Origin: Phoronis australis
Lineage: Eukaryota > Animalia > Phoronida
Direction of reading: 5' to 3'
Assembly: GCA_002633005.1 (NCBI GenBank)
Contig: NMRA01000081.1
Span: 499,625 to 563,624, forward strand
Length of the DNA stretch: 64,000 nt
This document shows positions 24,101 through 56,122 of this stretch, one piece after another. Positions within the stretch are counted from its first letter, which is position 1. The number at the start of each line of letters is the position of its first letter. The translations under genes were made by a program, and so were the position numbers. The notes under the pieces were generated by a model. The model saw nothing but the letters and a program-made list of their open reading frames with translations, did not search any database and was not told where the DNA came from.

Positions 24101-27100
24101 GCTGAGGCTGACGCCTCCATTTGAATGAACATGGATATGGAATTCGCCGCTGAAGATGGGTCCGTTTAAGAAGTTGTTTGCATGTCCTCCGTACTAGGAG
24201 TACGTACAGTTGTGACATTCAATTTAATTGTCAATCATAACCTTGCCAACTTTTCGGAATTCTGGCATTGTTTCAGTGATTGGCGCGTGTTTGGTTGTTT
24301 TAGTGTTTTGCAGATGATAAAATGTAAGGCATATGGATTTCTACTTTTCACTACTTTGTGATTCACCCATGATCAAAAAAATTACGTACTCAGTGTTATT
24401 AACACATTAGAGGTCATGTGAGAAATTAAGCATCTTACCATGAGGTCAGTATAAACACCTTTTAAAGTGAAAAAAGAACAAGTGTATCACTTAATACCCA
24501 ATTTTGTGAATTAGTATATTTTGCAAAATTCACATGAATGAATTCTTTTCTTTTTAGAATTGTCAAAACTTAGGAATGTGAAAAAGTATGAGCAATGGGC
24601 TTGAGAAATTACCAGTTACCAACTATCTGCTGTGGTGTCAGAATAAATATTGATTATAAGTAATTAGTACAGATAGATCCATTTTAAGTTGCCCAAAATT
24701 TGTGCATATGTACTTTTAAATCATGGGGTCAAACTTGTTGACATGTATTTTAACGTCAAGATCTATTTTTAGACGATGTTTATACTACTTTGGTTCTGCG
24801 GCCAAAGCACTCTAAAGATTCTAGGAATTTCTGAGAGCAAATTTTAAAAGCTAATGATTAATGATTGTATATGATCATGTGGTTTTTATTAGCCAATTGT
24901 TAAATAAGTACATTATTATAATTTGGGCTGTAATTTACAAAATACTCAGATGAGTTATAGTAGTTGAAGCTAAAAGACTTGCTACAGTGTACAGAGTAAA
25001 ATCTACAACAGAGCCATCTTTGTGAGGATCTAGGCAACGGCAAGGGTTAACAAACAGGAATTTGGGTAGTAAGATACTGCCAATACATGTTGCGTCACGA
25101 TGGACTGTGACCATCAAGAGGAATTGCATGAAGAAAATGCTGCCTGCAAGTGTTAGGTCACGAGAGACAGTGACCAGCAAGTAGACCGTCACAATACAGT
25201 GTATCATAGCTCAAAAATTCACCAACAGGACTGTCATCCAACAAGTGGAGAAGCTTGGACAGCAGCTAAGACATTTGATTATTTTGGTTACTCTACTTCA
25301 TTGTTAGCTTACTTAATTAACAACAGGTTTAACTTGTTTTAATTAGTGGATCTCATATAATAAATTAATTACTATCCATCTTCGGCAGCGAATTCCATAT
25401 CCATGTTCATTCAAATGGAGACAAACCCCAACTCAAGTAAGCACGCAGTGAGACTGACATAGCTGTGGTGTCTCAAGGTCATATGAGTGCTCACGCACTG
25501 GGAAGCACTGCTGACTGTGCTATTATTTAACATTTGTTAAGTTTTAATGTTACAATGTCAAAGAGTATTTATTTGATTCTAACTTGAATGTTTGTTACAA
25601 AAGCTAAATTCAATTTATAATTGTTAAGTTTAAAATATAATAATTAAAAAAAAACAACTGAGTTTACTCAACAATGCACAAGTTACGTCACATGGTTGAA
25701 AATTTTAGACACGTCGAGTTTTTCCGTCAGCAAAAAGATCATTTTTACAGTTCATGTGAAAAAGCATTAACCTGGGACTCATGTGGGATTTAACCATCAA
25801 ATTAGGGTTTAAAATGTGAGATTCTAGGTCTTTACTTAGGTCAAACCAAAATCGTACAAAAATAAATCAACCTTGGTAAATCTTGTCGGTGAAGCAATCA
25901 ATATGTCCATATTTAGTCATGTAATTATCTAATAATTAAGAATGCAAAGTTGCAGTATTAACTGAAAATCGATTACAAAGGATTTCACCCAAAACATGAA
26001 GCAAAGCAATGACTTTTGTCAAGTATTATTTGACAATTTGATTCCCTGGTTTGAGGGGGCATCTCACTCCATAACTGTTTAAGACACTCAAGGTATGTAT
26101 GTCAGAGATAGATGCTTATGGTTGGGGACAAAATAATATTTAAGAAACTAGGTGTAAAAAGTAAAGTCTAATGCTGCAATTTTTTTAATCTCATTGCAAA
26201 ACTAGAAATGAGTAGCACCCCTTACCCTTGATCGAAGTTTGTCTTCAAAATATCTGGTGACCTTTTCAGCTACAACTTTATCTGTGCGCTGGTTGATCGA
26301 TCCTTTCACAATGTCCCTTTCAAATTCATATGAAGATTTTTTTATTTCAGCCAATCGCATTTCAGCCTCTTCCATAATTGCCTAAAATCCAGAACATTCT
26401 GGGTTAAATTGACAGAAAGTGAGTAAGTGCGGCAGTATACAAATTAAACCAATGAAAAAGATATCATAAAACAAGGTTTGTCTAGAGAATTTATCATTTA
26501 CAGTTTCTAGCTTAGGAAAAGGATAGGAGACACAGACAAACTTCAGTCTGCTTCTAACATGTGTCACTGTCACAAAAATGCAAGAGATGCAAATGAACGT
26601 GAGCCAGTGAAGATATATTTTGTTTTTGTATTAAAAACAATGTTTTAATAACTGTTCTTTCAGCATGCTAGTCATATCAAAAATGTGCTTTCTTATAAAT
26701 TCACCCCCACAAATCGTTGCATCAATACAAATTTCCTATCTTCGTTAGAGCTCACAGGTCCATATCAATATCCATGACATAATTCATTCATTAAACTGTA
26801 AGTTACGCGTATCCCGCACAGTGACTGAACCACAAACTGTGTCACCTTGTAAGTATCCAGAACTTTCTCAGAATCCTCCTTCAACTTTTCAATGTCTTCT
26901 CGAAGCTCGTCGATCTCCTTCTGAGAAATATCACACTTCTGCTCATACGTCAGCTTCAAAGTTCTGTCCAGATTACTGGCACGAGACTTGGAGCGTTTTC
27001 GGCCCACACGGCTGGTTGGCTGTTGATTGGATTCTTGGAATGATGGTGTGAGGGAGGAGGGGATAGGAGCCCCTGTCGAGTCTTTGGGTTCGACTCTTTT

Positions 27101-28919
27101 GAGGTACTTTTCAAACATCTGAGTTTCAGTAGCCAGCACATTGTTTGAATGACTGTAATTGAAACACATCATACTTAGAATCACAAAGAGATTAATTGTG
27201 GAGTCTACTGGAGATTTCCATTCAATGGCCAGGAGCACATGTATTATTTTTGTGATCAGCGAGTCAAATCAAAATATTTGACAGACCTAAATATACCCAC
27301 GAGGGCACCAATACAGTAGCTTTTGCTTACTTAGCATATTAAATTCCTGTGACATTCTTCACAATAACAAACCAGAATAAAAACCAGTTCTTTACTAAGA
27401 CTTTATTAAAAAAATTTACCTGGGGTAAATGTTAGTGTTCATCCACATACACATGTTTTCCCGAAAATTCATCCTGGGCAGTATTTTAGAAAAACATTCT
27501 TTCCACCACCGGGCATATACATACAGAAATCTCCAGAAATTTGAGTGAAATTCCACAAACAGAAAGTCATCCAAAAGTCATCACCTCAAGTTCAGGCTCT
27601 ATCTCAGTCAAAAAAGCAACAATTCTTTACTGTATTTTGATTTGAATGAAAAACAGTAAGTGTGCACAATAGACTGGATCATCCCAGACCACCAGGAGGG
27701 ATCAGAGCCCATGAGATCTTTGTTGTTGTCGCATATTACTCTACCTTGCTGTGAAATTGAAATGGACTGTTGGTTATTGTATAAAATCTAACTCCAAATT
27801 TTCTAAATCCTCTCTTTATGACTGTTTGTCCTCTTCTTACAGTTTCATTCATGACACCAATTGTTTTATTGTTTAGCACTCAAAATCTTACAGTCCTGTT
27901 TTACAATTTAACTGCCAAGATCTTACAGTGTTGTTTTACTATTTAACTGCCAAGAGCATAATCCCTGTTTTACTATTTAACTGCCATGATCATACATTCC
28001 TGTTTTACTATTTAACTGCCAAGATCATACATTCCTGTAATTTTTTAAAAGCAACACATCTTGTAAAATGATCCTGATCATCAAAGAAATATCATTACCG
28101 GTCATTACTTAGATGAAGGAGCTCCTATAGGGTCGAGCTTCATACGCCAGAAGTCTTTCAGCGAGTTATGCCTTGCACTGACTAAAACATCAAAGTCACG
28201 TCGTTATACATACCTTTTGCACATAGAGGGACACCTGGGGAGGCCTTTGATGTGTTTAATTCCTTCCAACTTGAAGAAATACTTCCGTTATCAAACTTTT
28301 TCTTTGAGCAGTCCCTCGTTTAGTTTGCCATTTCTAAACTGCGCACGCCAGGGGATATGATGTCATACCACCTGCCAAGCACAGTGTTAAAAATGGCAAA
28401 GTTACAGATTTTGGGAACTGAATGAGGGACTGCTTGAAGAAAAAGTTTGATAACGGTAGTAATTCTTCAAGTTGGAAGGAATTAAATACATCGAAGACCT
28501 CCTAGGTTAAAATGTCCCTATGCGCGAAAGGTATTTATAACAATGTAACTTTGATGTTTTAGTCATGCAGTGTGAGGTATAATTCACGGGAAAGCTTCCA
28601 GCGTATGAAGCTCCTATAGGTCCTCCACAATCACTACTGGGCCAGCTGGAGACGGTGATCACTGTCTAAATGGTACCTAGCTGTATTTTGATGATTTACA
28701 GTCTTTACTGTTAGTTACTAGTCGATAAAGTGGAACTTTTGTGTTGACTGATCTATCTTTCTGGAGGGTATGTCCCTCACGCCCAGAACTCTAATACGTT
28801 TCTAAGACCTACATAGTTTCTTCTAGCAGGTGAAATAGAGAATCGTCGTCTAACTCTTGCAAAGGGTCCTCTTGTTGTTCCGTTGAAGTGTCAATACTCA
28901 TCGTCTCAGATTCCGCCAT
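18116..28919 (-). CDS. CCDC113: Coiled-coil domain-containing protein 113 / CFAP263 (7 coding exons, 386 aa)
   Basis: Exons 28813-28919, 26846-27152, 26226-26381, 19541-19777, 18994-19101, 18484-18639 and 18116-18205; GT-AG, phases consistent, 1161 nt. Motifs LRLKNSTLKVQKKKLHLQLKQKEEMGEVLHEVDFNQLKIEN and VPEVMEYV...WERKVDIAEMALKTH match CCDC113. Confidence 0.93.
20998..21826 (+). mobile_element. hAT-like non-autonomous element, right end lost at the assembly join
   Basis: Starts CATAGGCGGATTTAGGGGGGG exactly where copy A of the local duplication diverges from copy B (agcacca|); C-rich tract before the N at 21827. Confidence 0.6.
21828..23529. repeat. Direct near-duplicate of 19677-20997 including a truncated second copy of CCDC113 exon 4 (21828-21928); probable uncollapsed haplotype
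   Basis: Collinear with substitutions and indels; exon part identical; begins immediately after a single N. Confidence 0.85.
23720..25760. mobile_element. Long inverted repeat (~400-bp arms, ~1.2-kb spacer) in CCDC113 intron 3
   Basis: 23720-24160 versus 25375-25760, e.g. ctccatttgaatgaacatggatatggaattcgccgctgaagatgg / ccatcttcggcagcgaattccatatccatgttcattcaaatggag. Confidence 0.75.
27885..28037. repeat. Minisatellite, ~4.5 x 34-35 bp
   Basis: Unit approximately tcatacattcctgttttactatttaactgccaaga. Confidence 0.85.
28110..28720. mobile_element. Fold-back element related to the MED21-intron TAG...CTA family
   Basis: ~200-bp inverted arms (gagcttcatacgc / gcgtatgaagctc; aattccttccaacttgaagaa / ttcttcaagttggaaggaatt). 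The 3' tail ggtacctagctgtattttga is shared with the 8653-9396 unit. TAG...CTA ends; TSD degenerate. Confidence 0.75.
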
Positions 28920-29260
28920 CTTGGAGGTTTAAGGTTGTCATTGGCAACTTCTTTTGTGTTACTAAATGGTCCAATTGTACGTAGGATTGAAAGTGACACC
29001 ATTGCACTTGTTACATTTATATTTTCAAATTTGTTTTAATATACAATATACAATGTAGTTTGATAACATAGGGTGATGAAACGTGATTAACTTGCTCATC
29101 CTGGCTGTGAGAGTATAAGCATTGTTCGATAGGGTGGTGCGCACAATTGATATTGTAAGAATGGTATCAAAAGCCTCGTTTTGACTCAGGCGGGACTTGG
29201 TTGTCGCCATTTTGTGGACGGACAAGAATGACCTGACTTTCAGCTTTAATACTCGTACGT
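28920..29260. promoter_or_regulatory. CCDC113/CK2alpha bidirectional promoter region
   Basis: Start codons only 749 bp apart on opposite strands; YY1-type ccgccatctt (28913-22) and cgccattttg (29205-14); a probable acceptor at 29470 implies a non-coding CK2 exon 1 in this interval. Confidence 0.6.
28934..28948. promoter_or_regulatory. Candidate RFX X-box upstream of ciliary gene CCDC113
   Basis: GTTGTC-ATT-GGCAAC, 15 nt upstream of the ATG, fits the palindromic RFX consensus. Confidence 0.65.
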
Positions 29261-29667
29261 TTCTTAGTAGGAAAGAAAACTTCCAATTTTAAAGTAATCT
29301 AGTGACTACTAAAAATCATTGCATGTGAGCCGTGTTGCCCTGTATTCACAATTTTTGTCATAAAATCGGTGGCATTAACATCCACAATGTTCGTCGGCTT
29401 CGATGTCTGACAACCTTGTCCTCGGCTTGTCTGGTCTGTCCTTCCACATTTACTGTTCTGTCTATTTCAGTGATTAGTTGTTGGATTTTTAAATCCTGAC
29501 GATTGTTCATCCTGTGCACAGTGATCACCTTTAATCGTTTAAGTGGTTTGTTTAAATCCTGTTGGAGCCATTGTGCATTTACAACACGCAGGTGCGGATT
29601 TCTGAACCAAAGACCTGTACATACTGTGAATAACTTTGTGAAGAACAAGGAAGCAACAGTACACATC

Positions 29668-49822
<20,155 letters not shown>

Positions 49823-51055
49823 GACAACCAGAGAATTCACACTAGTTGCTGTCAACAGCATATTGCTCGGAGGTCAGCTCTGTTCTGATGTCCGCTAACT
49901 TAGTTGCCTATACGAGTGTGGAACTATGCTGAACCATAAAAGCACCGAATACAAGAACTAAATGTGAATTAGTCCATCGATTTCCAAATACGAACAATTA
50001 ACTGTCCATTTTGACATGAATTTACGGTGTGATTATGGCCAACCGAGTTTGAAAGCTAACATAAAGTAACCTGTGAACATATTGCGAAATGTCTTAGTTA
50101 TTTATATAATATAGAGAATGAAATTAGTAATGGAACTCGATGGTTTTGTCACATGTTCACAAATCTTATTTGTTTCGTTGGATTCCAGCAATTTGTTAGT
50201 TTCTCCCAGTGTTCCTAACAATAGGAATATATGTTAGCTCGTGTTGTGATGTCAGTCTCCTCTTTCAAGCATTTTATTTTACTTGTAAAGGCCATACTTG
50301 TGCCATCTCTTGTGTAAATGTTCATTTCAAGAGGTGTTCATTTCTAGAATGCCCTTTACGTAAGCTGACAAATTTGAAGTACTGAAGATGACACCAGACA
50401 ACACCTCCAGCTTCTTATGGTCTCTCACAGTTGTTATGATTTAGTTTTCACAGAATATCTGTCTACTTGTAAATAATAATAAAAAGCAAAACAAGGAATA
50501 GAAATACTTTTTTACCCAAAGAAATGGCTTGCATTGGAATCCAGGGCCCCGTTTTATCAAAGGGTTAAAATCTGCTTTGTAGTCAAGACGGTGATAGGAA
50601 AGTTACTGCAAACACAGCACTGCACTTTTTTGTAGTGAGAGTGAACTGATGCAGCTGATGTTAACTTGACAATTTTTCAAGTTTAGACTTATTAATGTCT
50701 GTCTTTATGGGTTGCGTTGGTGGATTGTGTGCAAGTTAGTGACTGTGTTGCCAAGTCTGGACTTGGGACTTTTGATAAAATGGGCTCTGGATTGGTTGGG
50801 ATTGCGCAAGACTTACGTGCTGGCTGAAACCGTGTTTTGTTATAGAGGAGAAAGCTGTTGGGGAATGTGGAGATCTGTGTCGGTGGAGAAGCATTCAGCC
50901 AACATTGTCGTTTCTCATGCATTTCATCTTGACTAGTGTTCTTAGCCAGTCTGACTAGAAATCTATTGCCTTGTACAGTGATTTGAATTGGTATGCATTG
51001 GTTGCCTGTTTTTACTTACATTGCCGAATTTGTTTCAAAGGAAGGGTTATCTTAA

Positions 51056-51555
51056 AGGAAAATTCTGGGATTTTTCGACATCTAGACCAGTGCTTTAGTT
51101 TAAACTTGCTTTAGATAAAAGGAAATAATTTTTGCAAAAAAAAAAATCAAAATAGTCATATGGCAAACATTCCTGGAACCGTAAATTGACGTCACAAGTC
51201 ATGGCTGTTTGTTACAGTGTTGTCTACCTATGGAAAACTCCATTTTTAGCACAAGTTGTCTCTTGATTTGTGTATGTGATAGTTTTGGATATTTTTGAAA
51301 CTCGTGTATGATTTGTTACATTTCCTTCAGTGGTGTGGCTTTGTAATTGGCGTGGTCTAGTCAGACTTGAAAATCGCCATGCTGGCGTGACCACTGAAGT
51401 TACGTTTTTCATTGGTGACTTGGTTTCCCTATCGTACCAGCGTGGAACCGCCAGGGTTCCGATGTTAATGTAAACAGATATCTGTGACACAAAATAACTG
51501 ATAAAGTCAATGATCAGACATAGTAACAAAAGGTAAAAAATCCTGGAATTTTTCT
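51056..51555. mobile_element. Kolobok-like MITE (TTAA target, 500 bp)
   Basis: TTAA|AGGAAAATTCTGGGATTTTT...AAAAAATCCTGGAATTTTTCT|TTAA. Confidence 0.75.
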
Positions 51556-54500
51556 TTAAGCAGCAGAACTCCACTGTTTGCAAGACCAGGTGCTTTTTCA
51601 GATCTCGTGTCCAATGTTTGGGTGGTGCGTGATCACAAATGCATTAGCTAAAGGTGACGTGTTTTGTGTAATTGTCCCCTCGTATTATGGTGTTTTGGTA
51701 TTAAAATACCATGAAATATATCAGTCATTTTCGTTCTTTAGTGTTTCTGATATCTGTCTCGTATAAAACCAACCAGATTTCATTTTTAGTCCTACAAATG
51801 TATATCTTTTGTACAAGAAAACTGAATTGGCAATATTGAAAAGAGTGTTTCTGTTGAAGAACTGTCTACTGCTCAATATAAAAACTAATGGTTTCCATGA
51901 ACTACTGCTAACAAAAAACAGCTGCTTTTAAAAGTAATCATAAATGTTGTGTTTTTTCAGCTCCTCACATATTTATAGCACTTTTTCCATTGCAGACTTT
52001 CCAATTAATTGAACTCATTTGCCAAATGTGCAAACAGTTTAGATGACTGTTGCATTGGCAATTGAATTATTGTATTTTTTCTTTTCCCCTCTGGTTTAGT
52101 TTGTAGATTTGCACAAACATTTGTGTGCTTTGTCTATGGTCTGTGCAAGGTTTTCTTAAATAGTTTATTCACCTTCAAACAACAGCATTATCAGACAATA
52201 GGGGACTCTGAAAATACATACTTTTGATGGGTGGACAATATTTCATGAATTTTGTGTGGTGTTACCAAGTTGACAATTGCCTCATAACACATGTGCACAC
52301 ATTTTTCAAATCTAACACTGTACATACATACATAACCAGATTACAGATTACTATTGTATTACGTATGCAGTCCGACAAAATAACAAATATAGTTGTTGAC
52401 ATTTGCAGAGGTTGTCAACCATCATATTGACACTAGAAATGGTAATATATTTTAAAATCGAGAACTTGCTAAACAATTTTAAGTGCATGGCAGCCTGTTT
52501 GTAAGGGTCATGTCTAACCCTAATTAAAGTGGAACCCAGGTTCTTGTCTTGGGTGTAGGTTCTCTTGGGAGTGTTGGGTAGTTGATAACCGTATACTTGT
52601 TAGCACCTAAATAGAATTTTCAGGCTACCTAACTCTACAAATGCACCAGTCCTGGTCGTCTTCAACTGTTCGAAGACAAGTTAAAAGATCGGTAGTGACG
52701 AGTACAATCTTCCTACTCTTGTCGAGCTCCTGCCCTATTTCTTATCAACAGGTTTTTTTTTCACACAAACGCAATCCTTTCCTCCCGACCTATGTTACTT
52801 GTCTCATCAACTGCAATTCAGCTTTCAAACTGAATACCGACATTCAACTAAATTTAGATGTTAAAAAAGATTTGCATCGATTTCTGGCTTTCTAACGAAC
52901 AAAGTGCCATCCTCCTTAGAAGTCTATGGGGAATCCTAAATTAAAAAAGTCACAAAAATGATTGGATGAAAAGAATGCCATTCATGAGAAATAAAATGCA
53001 ATTCATGAAGAAAAAACAAGGTGATCAGAACACAGTTGGAGTTGTTGAGAAAAGAACGAGACCTTGCAAGAAAAAATTGCTTAAATGAGAAAGGGGTGCT
53101 GTTCAAAAAACCCATGAAAGAGAAAGATCTACCCTAGCGTAGAAATTAAATTAAAAACGAAGCGTCTCCATTTCCCAGTAAAAAATAGATAACAGGGTTT
53201 GCAGCCAAAATATTTCCTGGATAGACAGTTGGATAGATGCTCCATATTTTGCTTTATTCTATTTTATAAAATTAACACACTCTGTATTGCATTGCATAAA
53301 AATTCAGTCAATAATCTAATTATGGCACAGTAATACACATGGCACTCTTACTAACAGATCATTTACAATAATTATTTAATTGTGGTGCATAACAAATGCA
53401 CAATACAACAAATGTGTTTATATTGAAGAATTCAAAATAAACTACAATATCACCGTGCACAAAAACACCCTTACTATATGTTATCAGATGTTCAGTTGGC
53501 AATTGCATCTCACGAATTCTAAAATAAAATAATGCATTAAAATGCATGCATTCATCACTATGACAACAACAATTGGTCACACGGGACTAACAAATTACTG
53601 CTCCTTAGCCAATGAGGGGATACTGGATAGTTCTGACATGACAATCTGGCAAAATAATTCCAGTCAATCAGGATGCAGGAACATTAAACGCAACAATTGT
53701 CTGTCATCTTTGTCTCACCAATGCTGGATGCGAGCGGATGCGAAGCTTTAAGATAAATTTCTGATGAAAATGGGTCACTCGAAATGCAATGATATGGAGA
53801 ATGAACAGAGATAAGTGACCATTTGCCTTCATAGCATTTTACAAATACACTTTTTGTTAGTTTTTAGCAGTATTTTAAGAGGTTCATATATGGACTGAGC
53901 ATGTGACTTACAGAAATGTGAACTGGTCAACAACCCAAGACGCTCTTATTCTTAACAATACACTGCTAGCAAACACTAAAATTAAGTGATAGTAGCTTTT
54001 CTGATCAGCCCTGCTCTGATATTCCTCAGTCTTGAGTCCAGTGCAAAACAAGTACATCTATTAATGAAGTTTGACATGTTATTGGGCTGGCGTAATTATG
54101 AATGAGCTCAAAGGCAGAATTTTTTATTGCATCTTTATGGCAACAGTTTCTGTGAAATATGATTAAAAACACTTTAAGATGTATTTGCATGATCCTTACC
54201 AAGCTAATGTACAGCAGGAAATTTATGAACGGCAATGCTATTAGAACATCATCTACCCTAAACAAAGTGCAGTTGTATTCACTGACAATTTGTAAACGTG
54301 AAAACAAGAAATTCTGCAAATAGGTGACCTTTGCACTAATGACGTACCTCGGGGGCTCGCATAGCCCGTGTCATGCAGTGTTATACCCCAGCACCATGAC
54401 ACGATACTTACTGGACACAGTTCAGGGGGATTTGCAACGGATCATTTTTGCCACAAAATTCGTTCCTAAAAACATCTAACTAATTTGGCCAAGCAATCAC

Positions 54501-56122
54501 AAAGAAAAGTAATTAGCCTACAATTTCCACTTTAAAAAGCATTTGTAAAAGAATTCTGCTATATTGTCTTTATGATTGTGGGACCATAACAATAATATTT
54601 GTGGGCGTGGCCTGCATGCAAGACATGCCGCAACTATCTATTCTACTTTTGAGTTGAACACATTATGTTTGTTCCAATATACCATAGAATTCATAAGTCC
54701 CCTGTGAAGTAAAAGTACTTCCTAGTACCAGCAGGGTGCAGCACATATCCAACTCATTACACAAGTATTAAAAAGGTAGTGTCAACTGATAAAATTATAG
54801 ATTTCCTAAAAGAATAAAAGATCAGGGATTCTTAACAGTATTTCTTAACTAGCCAATCACGATAGTTTGTGTGGATTTCAAAGTTATAGCAAAACACCTG
54901 ACACTCACCAATGTGTTTAAAAACAGTGTGTCCAAGAGTAATAGTCATATTACCTAAACAGCACTATATATAAATCTTAATTTCATAATTACAACGGCAA
55001 ACTACATATCCAAAACATATTCAAAACCCCTAAATTAATTTCCTTCAGTTAGGAAATGGACACTTTCAAGTTTAGCAGACAGCATAATCAAGCTTTTCTG
55101 ACTCTTGACCTTCGGCTAAAATTAATCTTCGGAGGGCTTATCCTGTTTCAAAACCAGGCTAAGACTGAAAGTCAGTCTACAACTAGAAGTCAAAAGACAG
55201 AAATCTAGTCAGTGTTCGACGAGACAGAAGACAAAACTGTTCCGAGAACTGCAAACAAGGCAAAAAATTAACTTTTGGCAATTCATAGTCAGATTTCTGA
55301 CTTTTGGCTAAAGACAAAAGCTGATGGTCTCATATTAAAGAAACCAGAAGATGAAATTACTCATACCCTAAATACTCAATATGTTGTTAGGTGCACACAT
55401 AGGCAGAGCATGACAGTAATTTCAGTCATATTATGAGCAGAGTGACTAGATAAGTGATCCACTCAAAAGACAGTCCTGCACACAAGTGGACATAGCGTGC
55501 AATAAAGAAACTCACTTAACATCATAACATGCACTCACTGAGCCTCAGTCATTTCTAGTAGTGCAATAAAAGATGTGGCTCACGGTGTTCATAAATCTTC
55601 TCATGAAAAGCAAGCTAATAGTACAAACAACACTTTCTTCAAAACTCGTTTTACAGTAACTAATTATTGATTAAAGTATTTGGTCCATCACTATTCTCCA
55701 GTCTGTTTACACACTTTAGCCCCAAAATTGAAGTAAATGTAATTACACTAAGCATTCTGATCAATTATCAAATTCATTTCAACTTCCATCATGTACTGAT
55801 TAGTTCTACAAATTAATCATTAGTTTGGTGAGTATTTACAAACTTTAGAATTAAGATGAAAACAATCGTTTGAGAAAGCCTAGCCACAGTGAACATTTAC
55901 ACAGTAAACATGCAATCTCTATATAAACTTTGCCTCCTATTGACTGCGAATGGGCGTTAGATAACCACCGTTTTCTTCATCACTAAAAATAAAAAAAACA
56001 AAACACTTACTCACTAGCACCAAACCTACCATACGCATAGTATTTTAAACAAATAATATTCCTCCAAAATGACATATGTGAAATGCCAATAAAACATAGA
56101 GATGATAATGTATTTTCATGTC

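Noticed and set aside
27885-28037. Regular ~35-bp repeats resembling a CRISPR array
   Set aside because: Contiguous units with no unique spacers in a eukaryotic intron: a minisatellite.
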